From a virus (Duplodnaviria; Heunggongvirae; Uroviricota; Caudoviricetes), in IMG/VR virus record IMGVR_UViG_2519899835_000008: DNA of 39,548 nucleotides; one strand, 5' to 3'. Below the pieces are notes generated by a model. It made no database searches, was not told where the DNA came from, and saw only the letters and a list, made by a program, of their open reading frames with translations. Shown one piece after another: positions 28,365 through 36,487 of the stretch. The position numbers were made by a program, and so were the translations under genes. Numbering within the stretch: the first letter of the stretch is position 1; each line of letters begins with the position of its first letter.

Positions 28365-28719
28365 CAGGCACAGGAACAGAGGCCGCAGGCACTGTTGCCA
28401 GCGACCGGCGGACAACGCTCTGCTGCTCCTCGCTGTGCTGAATGTTCTGTTGCTTTTCATTCGTGGCCGCCTCACTGATTTGTGAAATGAGGTGCAGGGT
28501 GTGCTGCTGATTTGCCAGCACCTGACGCACCTCATCCCGCTCACGCACAAGTACCTGATTATTGCCCTCAAGACGCTGCGTCTTCTGGTGCATTCCCCAT
28601 ATCGCGGCAACCAGTACGGCGATAATCCCCAGCGCCGCCATGCTCGCCCCGGCAATCAGGGCCGGTAAGGGATTGTTCACCACAGCCACAGTGCCCCCCG
28701 CAGCGCCACAACGGCACAT
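28291..28719 (-). CDS. Inner-membrane spanin (Rz-like)
   Basis: N-terminal transmembrane helix AALGIIAVLVAAIWG followed by charged helical periplasmic domain; directly downstream of endolysin; start uncertain. Confidence 0.55.
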   Translation of the reverse strand: MCRCGAAGGTVAVVNNPLPALIAGASMAALGIIAVLVAAIWGMHQKTQRLEGNNQVLVRERDEVRQVLANQQHTLHLISQISEAATNEKQQNIQHSEEQQSVVRRSLATVPAASVPVPDDVAERVRRAVCEIRACAAGSDPR

Positions 28720-28753
28720 AACAGCGCAATCATGAGCGGTCGACAGAGCTGGT

Positions 28754-29254
28754 TCAGACTTTCGGCAAGTCGTAGCGACATAACCATTCATCCGCCGAAC
28801 GGCGGGCCTCAAGGCCGGGGAGTTTCACCCCCTTTGAATAAATCCAGCGGATATACTGCTTACAGGACGCGGGCATCTGTCCGGCATTGATAAGGCGCAG
28901 AAGCGTGGAGTTGCGGAAGTTCGTTTCACCGGCCCAGAAGATCCACGAAGCCAGCGCCACCGTCTGACCACGGGTAAGTGGCACCTGAACACGCCGGTCA
29001 ATGGCCGCAAAGGCCCATTTCATGTCCTTTTCCAGCAGTTCCAGACATTCTTCATCGGTTTTTGTCATACCCGGTTTCACATCCGGGCCGGTATGGCCGT
29101 GGCAGATGGTGGGGGTGCCGGTGGGGTCGAGATACGTGGTGTTTTCTTTCCCTTCCCAGTAGCCGGTGTAGTGCGTGGCAATAGTGAACGTCCCGGCTCC
29201 GGCCAGAACAAGGGCAATCAGCTTTTTACGCAGTGGCGCGGGGAGTTTTGGCAT
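28754..29254 (-). CDS. SAR endolysin (GH24 lysozyme with N-terminal signal-anchor-release domain)
   Basis: 166-aa ORF; weakly hydrophobic N-terminal segment LIALVLAGAGTFTIATHY; lysozyme-like core GTPTICHGHTG...GMTKTDEECLELLEKDMKW...VPLTRGQ resembling P22/P21 lysozymes. Confidence 0.75.
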   Translation of the reverse strand: MPKLPAPLRKKLIALVLAGAGTFTIATHYTGYWEGKENTTYLDPTGTPTICHGHTGPDVKPGMTKTDEECLELLEKDMKWAFAAIDRRVQVPLTRGQTVALASWIFWAGETNFRNSTLLRLINAGQMPASCKQYIRWIYSKGVKLPGLEARRSADEWLCRYDLPKV

Positions 29255-29325
29255 TGTTACGCTGTCTCATGGTGTTCTCTGAGCCAGCGTAACCGTGGAA
29301 AAAAGGGGGCAGGATTTGCGGAATA
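29255..29325 (-). promoter_or_regulatory. Candidate Mor/C-dependent late promoter and leader of the lysis operon
   Basis: Intergenic between activator gene and endolysin; minus-strand GCCCCC tract and a 9-bp inverted repeat GTTACGCTG / CAGCGTAAC ending at the endolysin start codon. Confidence 0.3.
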
Positions 29326-29748
29326 TCAGAAAAGCCGGGGCTGCGTGCGCTCCTGATGCAGGCGACGCTGGTTGCGGATAACGGAGTAAATCTGCGTCTC
29401 TGACATCTGGTAATGGCGGCGCAGGGTTTCAATTTTTTCACCCTGGCTCCAGCGGGAAAAAATCTCATTATTGCGCAGTTCGGTGAAAAGGGATTCACCG
29501 ACCGGGAGATAATAACCACGCCCGCCCATGTACCCGGCCTGTGCGGCCGCAACCTTACGGGCAAGCATTCCCGCCTGAGCAGATTCAATCCCCTGACGGT
29601 GCAGTTCAGCACTGATCACATCAACCAGGTCACGCAGCGTGCCGGGCCAGTTCTTTTTCAGCTCATCATCAGGAATATCATCCAGACGGTCAATCAGCGC
29701 GTGCAGCTGTTCGCTGTCACCAAACATGCTCATCTGTGTTTCAGCCAT
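29326..29748 (-). CDS. Mor/C-family late transcription activator
   Basis: 140-aa ORF with Mor-like pattern (N-terminal acidic FGD..L, central GGRGYYLPVG, C-terminal helix-turn-helix ...TQIYSVIRNQRR); positioned just upstream of the lysis genes. Confidence 0.7.
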   Translation of the reverse strand: MAETQMSMFGDSEQLHALIDRLDDIPDDELKKNWPGTLRDLVDVISAELHRQGIESAQAGMLARKVAAAQAGYMGGRGYYLPVGESLFTELRNNEIFSRWSQGEKIETLRRHYQMSETQIYSVIRNQRRLHQERTQPRLF

Positions 29749-29818
29749 ACCCGCCTCCGGTCATCATTACACAGGGCAAGTTTAAAATAAAAATCCCGCG
29801 CTGTGGCGGGATTTGGGG

Positions 29819-30328
29819 TTAAAAAGGGGAGGATTCTTCATACAGCCTGCAAACGCGCTCATAACTCATCACTGTACGCGCTGACATCCCCAGCACATCC
29901 AGCATCTTGCGACGGTGCCAGCGTTTGAGACGCTCCAGCACATCCGAGGCCAGTGCGGGGTGTTGCTCCAGCCACTGCCAGTTAGCCACACCTTCGCCAC
30001 CGTTCTGCGCGGCCGTCTGCGACTTCACCCAGCGGTTAAGGGCCGTTTCCCCGCCATCAGCGATAAAGCCCTGCCGGTGCATTACCTTCCAGATGGCGCG
30101 AATTTTGGCGGTCACCGTACCCGGTTTTAAGGCCCGGTTAACCGGTTTCTGACGCACTTTAAAACCGCGTTTTTTGAAAACATCCAGCACGCGGGATAAC
30201 TCATCCGGTGACATATCCCGGCAACTGGATTTGCCGGTGGCTGCCAGCAGAACGAATGTATAGGTTTCATCATCCAGGGCAAGCTCGCGCTTTGCCACAT
30301 GAATGGCGGATATCAGTTTCCCTCTCAT
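29819..30328 (-). CDS. GemA-like (Mu gp16-like) regulatory protein
   Basis: 169-aa ORF with N-terminus IHVAKRELALDDETY...TGKSSCRDMSPDELSRVLDVFKKRGF resembling Mu GemA/gp16 family. Confidence 0.55.
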   Translation of the reverse strand: MRGKLISAIHVAKRELALDDETYTFVLLAATGKSSCRDMSPDELSRVLDVFKKRGFKVRQKPVNRALKPGTVTAKIRAIWKVMHRQGFIADGGETALNRWVKSQTAAQNGGEGVANWQWLEQHPALASDVLERLKRWHRRKMLDVLGMSARTVMSYERVCRLYEESSPF

Positions 30329-30621
30329 GCTGTATCAACACTCCTGCTGATATGATAGATATTATTTTCCCGATCGAGCTGAACCCGATACTCCGGAGGA
30401 ATCACAAAAATATTAAAACCATCAACAGTTTTTATTCTTGAGTAGTATTCCCCCTTATGATATCTGGCAAGTGCATTAATCAGAGAAGCCGCCGCCAGCC
30501 CAATCAGGTATTTTTTATGAAAAATACTGATAACTTTCCGGCACAGCCATCGTGTAATGACGAATGCACCGAAAAACGATGTGATATATAAACACCAGAA
30601 CAACTGCGAACTACTGTCCAT
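30325..30621 (-). CDS. Hypothetical membrane protein (98 aa)
   Basis: Two hydrophobic segments (LFWCLYITSFFGAFVITRWL, LIGLAAASLINALA); overlapping start/stop with neighbours. Confidence 0.45.
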   Translation of the reverse strand: MDSSSQLFWCLYITSFFGAFVITRWLCRKVISIFHKKYLIGLAAASLINALARYHKGEYYSRIKTVDGFNIFVIPPEYRVQLDRENNIYHISRSVDTA

Positions 30622-30808
30622 TATCTTTCTCCTTATTCAGTCTTCTGCGGCATTCGGCACAGTCATCAGGGCTTTCAAATGTATCCGGCTCGCGATTATG
30701 AGCCAGATATAACCACCGCCCACATATACTGATATTTTCACCTGTTTTAAAAAAATGATGCTTCTTAGCCATCAATGGCCGCGCCCATCCAGCGGGTAGA
30801 CTATTCAT
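30611..30808 (-). CDS. Hypothetical small Cys-containing protein (65 aa)
   Basis: ORF with a CxEC motif and basic C-terminus; in an operon-like overlap chain. Confidence 0.4.
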   Translation of the reverse strand: MNSLPAGWARPLMAKKHHFFKTGENISICGRWLYLAHNREPDTFESPDDCAECRRRLNKEKDNGQ

Positions 30809-31175
30809 TAGCTTTATCCTCCATGCTGGACAGAATCATATGTATTAATGTCGGGCGTGGAGATATACGCATTTCATTAAGCGTCTGAAGGGCAGCAACA
30901 GCAGCCATTTTATCGGTGCCTCTGGCAATTTCTGCAAGAGAATGCACAATCCATAACGGACTTAACGCTACGGCTGAATCCAGAATCATGTCATCCATAA
31001 TAATTTCTGGCACATCCCGTTTGTCACATTCTTTATCCATAAAAGAAACGATTTTTTCCGCATCTTCCGGTTTCATACCTCCGGCGATAAGAATTTTACG
31101 ATATTCATAAGACGTTCTTAATTCAATGCTCATATTCATCTCCTGTAACTCTGACAAGGACGTGATTTTTCTCAT
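30801..31175 (-). CDS. Hypothetical protein (124 aa)
   Basis: ORF in overlap chain within the early region; no recognisable motif. Confidence 0.45.
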   Translation of the reverse strand: MRKITSLSELQEMNMSIELRTSYEYRKILIAGGMKPEDAEKIVSFMDKECDKRDVPEIIMDDMILDSAVALSPLWIVHSLAEIARGTDKMAAVAALQTLNEMRISPRPTLIHMILSSMEDKANE

Positions 31176-31357
31176 TTACGCCTCCCGGAAATACGAATGT
31201 ATATACCGATGAGAAAATCCATAATAAACAGGAAGAGCGACATCCTGATAAAGAACCAAATGTCAGGCATAATGGACAGGTTTCCTGTAATCGCAAATAT
31301 AAAACCAGTCCCCCACACTGGAACGATAATTGCGAAAAATACAAGTCTCTTTATCAT
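31172..31357 (-). CDS. Hypothetical small hydrophobic protein (61 aa, two predicted transmembrane segments)
   Basis: Sequence MIKRLVFFAIIVPVWGTGFIFAITGNLSIMPDIWFFIRMSLFLFIMDFLIGIYI is almost entirely hydrophobic; ATGA overlap with upstream gene. Confidence 0.4.
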   Translation of the reverse strand: MIKRLVFFAIIVPVWGTGFIFAITGNLSIMPDIWFFIRMSLFLFIMDFLIGIYIRISGRRK

Positions 31358-31905
31358 GGCGTTAACTCCCGTAATACAGCGTCCTCGGCGGTCCGTCGAC
31401 GGTAATAAACAGCGTGAGCAGAATGTTCAGATATGCCAAACTTTTCGCCAATTTCCCGGAATGACAGACGGCGAGGGTAATCGGAATCCCGTAGTGCACG
31501 TATAAGACGAACATCCTCATCAGATATACGTGTGCCGGGGCGTAACTCACCGCACTTTGTTAATCCGGCACCAATCATTCCTGCGCGGCACCTGACAGAG
31601 TCTTTATTACGTCCGAGATAATCCCCCATTTGCTGGCAGGTCATTGTCCGGGCATTTTTTCGGATAAATTTATCTTCATCAGGTGTAAATCGCGGTCGTT
31701 TATATTTCAGCAACTCCGGGTATGTACTGCGCAATACGCCAGTCCGGTTATATACGGCCCAGACACTTCTTTTTATTCTGGCGGCAATATCCTTAACCGG
31801 GGTGGAGGAATAAAGCGCAATCAGCAGCGCATCTTCTTCAGGTGTCCACGGGCGGACATGAGCAGGTGCACGACCTTTTCGCCCCATGGGTTGTAATTTC
31901 ATCAT
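31354..31905 (-). CDS. Hypothetical DNA-binding protein with three SANT/Myb-like or HTH-like repeats
   Basis: Repeats WTPEEDALLIALY...IAARIKRS, FTPDEDKFIRKNAR...MGDYLGR, ISDEDVRLIRALRD...FREIGEKFGIS. Confidence 0.45.
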   Translation of the reverse strand: MMKLQPMGRKGRAPAHVRPWTPEEDALLIALYSSTPVKDIAARIKRSVWAVYNRTGVLRSTYPELLKYKRPRFTPDEDKFIRKNARTMTCQQMGDYLGRNKDSVRCRAGMIGAGLTKCGELRPGTRISDEDVRLIRALRDSDYPRRLSFREIGEKFGISEHSAHAVYYRRRTAEDAVLRELTP

Positions 31906-31908
31906 GCA

Positions 31909-32424
31909 TCACCCCCTGACTCGCTTTTCAGCAGCATAAAACTCATCAGACAGAATTTCGGTCATTTTCTGATTTGCGGGTTTTACACCGCACTGAAGAT
32001 AAATCACATCGTCAACGCAGAACCACTCCACAGGGCCATACAGGATTGCTGAGAAATCAATGCCCAGCCAGAACAACAGGGCATCGGTTCTGGCATACGT
32101 GACGGGCGAATATTCACGCCACAGACTGTTCAGTTCGTCAGAGGCAGTGCGCAGGGCTTTGGGAATGCGCGATGTGCGCGGCGTGCAGCTCCAGCCATTC
32201 GACGCAGTCGGTTTTCGCCATAAGTCGCGATGAAAAGGATATTTGTCCTCCGTAAAACGCAGTCCCTTAAAACAAAAACCACTGATACTGAATTCAAATA
32301 CCGACCGGCACGCAACATTCAGCACGGCCTCAAGGCGTTTCGCCTCATCCTTAACTTTCTGGCAGTCCTGCTGATATTTTTGCCACGCGGCCAGCGCGGA
32401 AGGGTTTGATGTTTTAAAGAACAT
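31909..32424 (-). CDS. Hypothetical protein (171 aa)
   Basis: ORF in early-region overlap chain; no recognisable motif. Confidence 0.45.
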   Translation of the reverse strand: MFFKTSNPSALAAWQKYQQDCQKVKDEAKRLEAVLNVACRSVFEFSISGFCFKGLRFTEDKYPFHRDLWRKPTASNGWSCTPRTSRIPKALRTASDELNSLWREYSPVTYARTDALLFWLGIDFSAILYGPVEWFCVDDVIYLQCGVKPANQKMTEILSDEFYAAEKRVRG

Positions 32425-32957
32425 TACGCCACCTCCGCAGATATCCCGGCAGGCGCGGCCGTCCGGTCAACAATCAGGTAACGCAGAACGCGCGAGGTGA
32501 TATTCCAGCCGCTTAAACCGCAGATAATGACACCCAGGCGTATGTCGATATACGCCATCACAAACCGGGGCACGCCTTCTTTCATGGCCTGCTCATCAAC
32601 TTCAGCCACCACATAAACGGTTTCACAGGTCAGAACGCCCTGAGCAAATTCCCACGCCATTGACGGAATATCATGCCCCTCAATCCACGGCAGGGATTTT
32701 CTGAAGCTGCACCACTGAACATCATCAGCCGCACCTTCCTGGCTGCATTTGCGACGAACCGGCTGCACCGGGCGGGGACGCGGAATATCATAAAAACCGT
32801 TACATTCCGTCAGCACCCCGGCATCGACCGCATCACGCAGAAAATAAACCATCGAGGATGGCGGCATATTCATTTTTTCAGCCAGAATGCCGCAGGTCAG
32901 ACGCCCGTAAATACTCAGCCAGTTTTTAACCCCTTCAAGCACTTTTGCATCAATCAT
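32424..32957 (-). CDS. Hypothetical protein (177 aa)
   Basis: ORF in early-region overlap chain; no recognisable motif. Confidence 0.45.
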   Translation of the reverse strand: MIDAKVLEGVKNWLSIYGRLTCGILAEKMNMPPSSMVYFLRDAVDAGVLTECNGFYDIPRPRPVQPVRRKCSQEGAADDVQWCSFRKSLPWIEGHDIPSMAWEFAQGVLTCETVYVVAEVDEQAMKEGVPRFVMAYIDIRLGVIICGLSGWNITSRVLRYLIVDRTAAPAGISAEVA

Positions 32958-32960
32958 GAA

Positions 32961-33503
32961 TTATTCCTCCGTCAGCGCCACATATTCAGAATGTTTAATC
33001 TCCTGGCATTCTTCAGGAATACCCCCTTTTATTTCCCTGCCATAAGCGCCTACTTTAAACACCACGCACAGGGCATCACGGGAGAGCGACGGGGTCCACC
33101 AGGAGTCCATGTTAAACATGGAGGGGATTCTCATTACCCCCAGCTTTTCACAGAGCCAGACAAGGAAATCAGGACGCTTTCTTAACTCGCGTTCAGCGGC
33201 TTCAATCATTGCGGCAATCGCCGGTCCTTCAGGGCATGACTCATCAGGTCTGGCAATAAAGCACGGTCCGTCCCCGATAAAAGCCACATCATCGCGCTTA
33301 CGCCAGCCCGCAGGCAGAGCACCAGAAAAATAAAACTCACTGATTACGTCCATGGCAAACGGCTTTAAGCGCAATCCGGCAGCGCCTGTATTTTTCAGTA
33401 ATGCCCGAAGAATACTGTTGCGTAGCGGTAAAACAGTCTGTTGATATTTGGTGAAATATTTATTTGTCTGCACACGGTCTAATTTGAAATAAAAATATGC
33501 CAT
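32961..33503 (-). CDS. Hypothetical protein (180 aa)
   Basis: ORF downstream of gam in early operon; no recognisable motif. Confidence 0.45.
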   Translation of the reverse strand: MAYFYFKLDRVQTNKYFTKYQQTVLPLRNSILRALLKNTGAAGLRLKPFAMDVISEFYFSGALPAGWRKRDDVAFIGDGPCFIARPDESCPEGPAIAAMIEAAERELRKRPDFLVWLCEKLGVMRIPSMFNMDSWWTPSLSRDALCVVFKVGAYGREIKGGIPEECQEIKHSEYVALTEE

Positions 33504-33600
33504 ATATCCTGTTCCTTATTTTCAGTTTACAGGCGCAGGCAGTCCCCTGACGCGAGCGCCATACTTAAAACGATGTGATATTTAAAGATTTAATGCGGTG

Positions 33601-34131
33601 TTATTTATTCAGTCCGGCGTCCTGTTCAAAAGGCTCGACATAAAAACTTTCAGCGCCTTTATTCACCTTAATACCGGCAATGCCTTTCACTGCATCCGGC
33701 TCCGCCAGGACCGCTTCCTTGTTCACTTCCTCTTTCGTGCGGATGAATCGCTCAAGCCCCATACGGCGCAGCATTTCAATCACACCTTCCACATCACGGC
33801 TGACGCTGCATGATGGATTTCCCAGCCGCCATGACACTGTTCCGGTGGTCAGATTGGCTGTTTTGGTTTTGCCGCCGTTCGTCAGCTCATCGCGGTTGGT
33901 TTTGCACCAGTCCTGAATCCCCTTAAAAAGCACTTTGATTTCTTTTTTAAGGTTTTCAATCTGCGGCGTATAACGGGCGGTGATTTCTGCCACTTCATCA
34001 TTCATCGCCGTTTCCAGCCGCAGCGCCTCTCGCTGAATATCGCCCAGGGTACGGATATCGCGGCTGACTTCTTCGCGGGTCTGCGGTGCGGCCTCGGCTA
34101 CAGCCTTTAATTTTGTAACGCGTTTTGCCAT
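33601..34131 (-). CDS. gam: Host-nuclease inhibitor Gam (Mu Gam, Ku-like DNA end-binding protein)
   Basis: 176-aa ORF with motifs LRLETAMND..AEIT, WCKTNRDELTNGGKTKTANLTTGTVSWR, GLERFIRTKEEVNKEA, EPFEQDAG closely paralleling Mu Gam. Confidence 0.85.
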   Translation of the reverse strand: MAKRVTKLKAVAEAAPQTREEVSRDIRTLGDIQREALRLETAMNDEVAEITARYTPQIENLKKEIKVLFKGIQDWCKTNRDELTNGGKTKTANLTTGTVSWRLGNPSCSVSRDVEGVIEMLRRMGLERFIRTKEEVNKEAVLAEPDAVKGIAGIKVNKGAESFYVEPFEQDAGLNK

Positions 34132-34142
34132 TTTGTTTTTCC

Positions 34143-34436
34143 TTATTGCAATGTATCTGGTGCGTTCTGCAAGGAGCGGCGCTCAATGCTGCTTTTCACC
34201 CCCAGAGCCTGCATGGAACCCTGAAGTTCATCTGTCAGAAACTGAATAATTGTGGGGCTGTGATATTTAAGAATTTGCGCATAAACATCACATGGGCCTG
34301 TCGGTCTGTTCTCCGTATCACGTTCGATTTTTACAGTGGCAGTAACCCCCTCCGTGATTTCCTGACTATCATTACCGGCTGGCTTTACTTCATGCATTAC
34401 GTGGTTAAATTCAAAAATAACGCGTACTTTGCTCAT
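34143..34436 (-). CDS. Hypothetical small protein, paralogue 1 (MSKVRVIFEF...)
   Basis: Start taken at internal Met of ORF 34143..34463; N-terminus parallels the adjacent upstream gene. Confidence 0.45.
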   Translation of the reverse strand: MSKVRVIFEFNHVMHEVKPAGNDSQEITEGVTATVKIERDTENRPTGPCDVYAQILKYHSPTIIQFLTDELQGSMQALGVKSSIERRSLQNAPDTLQ

Positions 34437-34713
34437 GGAATTCCCCCTGCTGATTAAATTCATTACCGTTAATAACCCCGGAAGCCATGCCCCTGTCTTT
34501 CATGAATGCACTGGCTTTCATTGCCACAAGCTCTGCGAAGTTTCTGCTTTCCGCGAGCATAACCACCCCAAAAATCATGGCGGGTCCATCACCTTTCTGC
34601 TTTATCCCGGTTGAACGTATGTCCAGACTTACCCCCATGCGCACTGTTCCATCAGCGTTTTTATGGATAACGTGCTCCTTATATTCGAAAATAATGTGTA
34701 CGACTTTACTCAT
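34411..34713 (-). CDS. Hypothetical small protein, paralogue 2 (MSKVVHIIFEY...)
   Basis: 100-aa ORF; N-terminal 12 residues parallel the next gene; ATGA overlap with upstream gene. Confidence 0.5.
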   Translation of the reverse strand: MSKVVHIIFEYKEHVIHKNADGTVRMGVSLDIRSTGIKQKGDGPAMIFGVVMLAESRNFAELVAMKASAFMKDRGMASGVINGNEFNQQGEFHEQSTRYF

Positions 34714-34991
34714 CCTCTGGTCCTCGTTCTGTTTGGATAACTGACCCGGCGTCTGACCTCACGGCAGAACCGAATCATGGCATTAAAGGCTTCTTCCTCC
34801 GTCACCGCTTCCGGTATCCCCGGAACCAGTAACTGCTCCTGTTCATCACGTCCATGACGCGCCATAACCTCAATCACATGCCGTACCGTGGCAGGCTTTC
34901 CGGCAACTATCGGCAATGCACCTTCCGGCAGGACGTAACCAAACTCAATAAGACCGCTCGACCACGCCCACGCAATCAGATTTCGTTTCAT
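34710..34991 (-). CDS. Hypothetical protein (93 aa)
   Basis: ORF in early operon overlap chain. Confidence 0.45.
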   Translation of the reverse strand: MKRNLIAWAWSSGLIEFGYVLPEGALPIVAGKPATVRHVIEVMARHGRDEQEQLLVPGIPEAVTEEEAFNAMIRFCREVRRRVSYPNRTRTRG

Positions 34992-34992
34992 C

Positions 34993-35247
34993 TCACACCT
35001 CCCAGTAAACCGTGCAGCCGCTGATGCGGGTGGCCTTCACACGGCGGCGCAGGCCGTTGGTCTGTATGGTGATTTCAATTTCACCGGTTCCCTGCACGTT
35101 GCCTACCGGCGGCGTGGTTTTCAGTGCAAAACGTTGCGGATAGCGCTTACTGCGTTCCAGTACCGCACCGGCAAGTTCGGTCAGACGGCGCGCGCTGTTC
35201 AGGGAGTCGAATAAATTCATTTTGTTACCGCAGGATTGCATATTCAT
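34993..35247 (-). CDS. Hypothetical protein (84 aa)
   Basis: ORF in early operon downstream of the transposition ATPase. Confidence 0.4.
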   Translation of the reverse strand: MNMQSCGNKMNLFDSLNSARRLTELAGAVLERSKRYPQRFALKTTPPVGNVQGTGEIEITIQTNGLRRRVKATRISGCTVYWEV

Positions 35248-35259
35248 ATAACACCTCGT

Positions 35260-35487
35260 TTAGCTGATTCGTTTTGCACCGATAAAACGACAAATATTGC
35301 TGTAAGCTTCTTTCGCACCTTCACGATCAAGTCCTGCCGATATTGCCATTCTGGTGCGATCATTAAATTCAAAAAGTAAATCGCCACATTCTTCACTGTC
35401 AGACACGGAGACTGCTTTGACGTTATCGAAATTCACCAGGTGAAAGCGTCCGTAAATATCAGGAATATTAAATGCAATCATAATCAC
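35260..35487 (-). CDS. Hypothetical protein (75 aa; Mu kil position)
   Basis: ORF immediately downstream of, and overlapping, the B-like ATPase gene. Confidence 0.4.
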   Translation of the reverse strand: MIMIAFNIPDIYGRFHLVNFDNVKAVSVSDSEECGDLLFEFNDRTRMAISAGLDREGAKEAYSNICRFIGAKRIS

Positions 35488-36416
35488 ACCTGTGAGAGTA
35501 ATTCAGGGTTGGTATAAACCTCTTTAAAGGCCGCATTAATATGTTTTTCTGTCAGCGCCGCGCCTTCACCACTGGCGGTGATCCATGCCTGGTTAAGCGT
35601 ATGTGTCAGAACACGTAATGCTCCCGGTTTTTCAGCGATAGCCTGCATGACAGCCAGCTCGGCCTCACCACTGATACCCCACGCCCTGGCAATAGCCAGC
35701 ACATCCGCCTTTTTGGCCTTGCGAAGTTGTTTTGTACGGGCAAGACGGCTGAACAGGCGCGATAAATCATCAACGGCGCGGCGCCCCCCCTTAAACAGTC
35801 CGCGCGGGTTACCAATAAGCACCATCCCGATCCCCGTGGCGTCCTGGATTGCACGCAGTTGTTCCAGACCGTCAATACCAAGATGATCCGCCTCATCAAC
35901 AATCACCAGTCCACGCGTTCCCATCAGGCGACGGCGGATGGCGCGGGATAATGCCCCTTTGTTCGCGCGGGTGTAATCAATTCCCAGCTCCTCGGCCAGC
36001 TCCAGCAGACACTCCGTGACGCTGGAATGCGCGGGAGACAGGGTTATCATCCAGGTGTTCGGTTGCTCCTGACAGTAATTACGGGCCGTGGCCGTTTTAC
36101 CCACACCCGGTACGCCCACAATGACGTTAATACAGCCCATCAGGCGAACCGCCTGAAACAGCGCGCGCAGCTCCTGGACTGTCTGCGTTTCCACAAACTG
36201 CGGCGGTTCCGGCAGTGCGCTTTGTTTATTCCAGTTCTCATACCAGGAACGCAGGGAAGCAGCCACAGCGACGTTATCGCCTTTATATTTCCCCTTGCGG
36301 AAAGCCGATAATGTACCGTCGGAAATTCCCGCCTCTCTGGCGATGGCATACTGCGTCAGTACGCCGCCATCAATAAGTTCATCAATGGTCTTGATTACAT
36401 CGTTAATATCGGTCAT
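35484..36416 (-). CDS. Transposition target-DNA activator, AAA+ ATPase (MuB-like)
   Basis: 310-aa ORF with Walker A GVPGVGKT, Walker B-like LVIVDEADH and N-terminal helix-turn-helix; directly downstream of the transposase. Confidence 0.85.
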   Translation of the reverse strand: MTDINDVIKTIDELIDGGVLTQYAIAREAGISDGTLSAFRKGKYKGDNVAVAASLRSWYENWNKQSALPEPPQFVETQTVQELRALFQAVRLMGCINVIVGVPGVGKTATARNYCQEQPNTWMITLSPAHSSVTECLLELAEELGIDYTRANKGALSRAIRRRLMGTRGLVIVDEADHLGIDGLEQLRAIQDATGIGMVLIGNPRGLFKGGRRAVDDLSRLFSRLARTKQLRKAKKADVLAIARAWGISGEAELAVMQAIAEKPGALRVLTHTLNQAWITASGEGAALTEKHINAAFKEVYTNPELLSQV

Positions 36417-36487
36417 ATTATTAACCTCTCATTTGATACCTTGTTTAATCAAATAACCTGAGTCGCCGCTCGGGTTATTTTTTTATT

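Noticed and set aside
28089-28655. Full-length 188-aa ORF 28089..28655
   Set aside because: Only its C-terminal third (from the lipobox region) is plausible as the o-spanin; the N-terminal part is an out-of-frame reading of the i-spanin gene.
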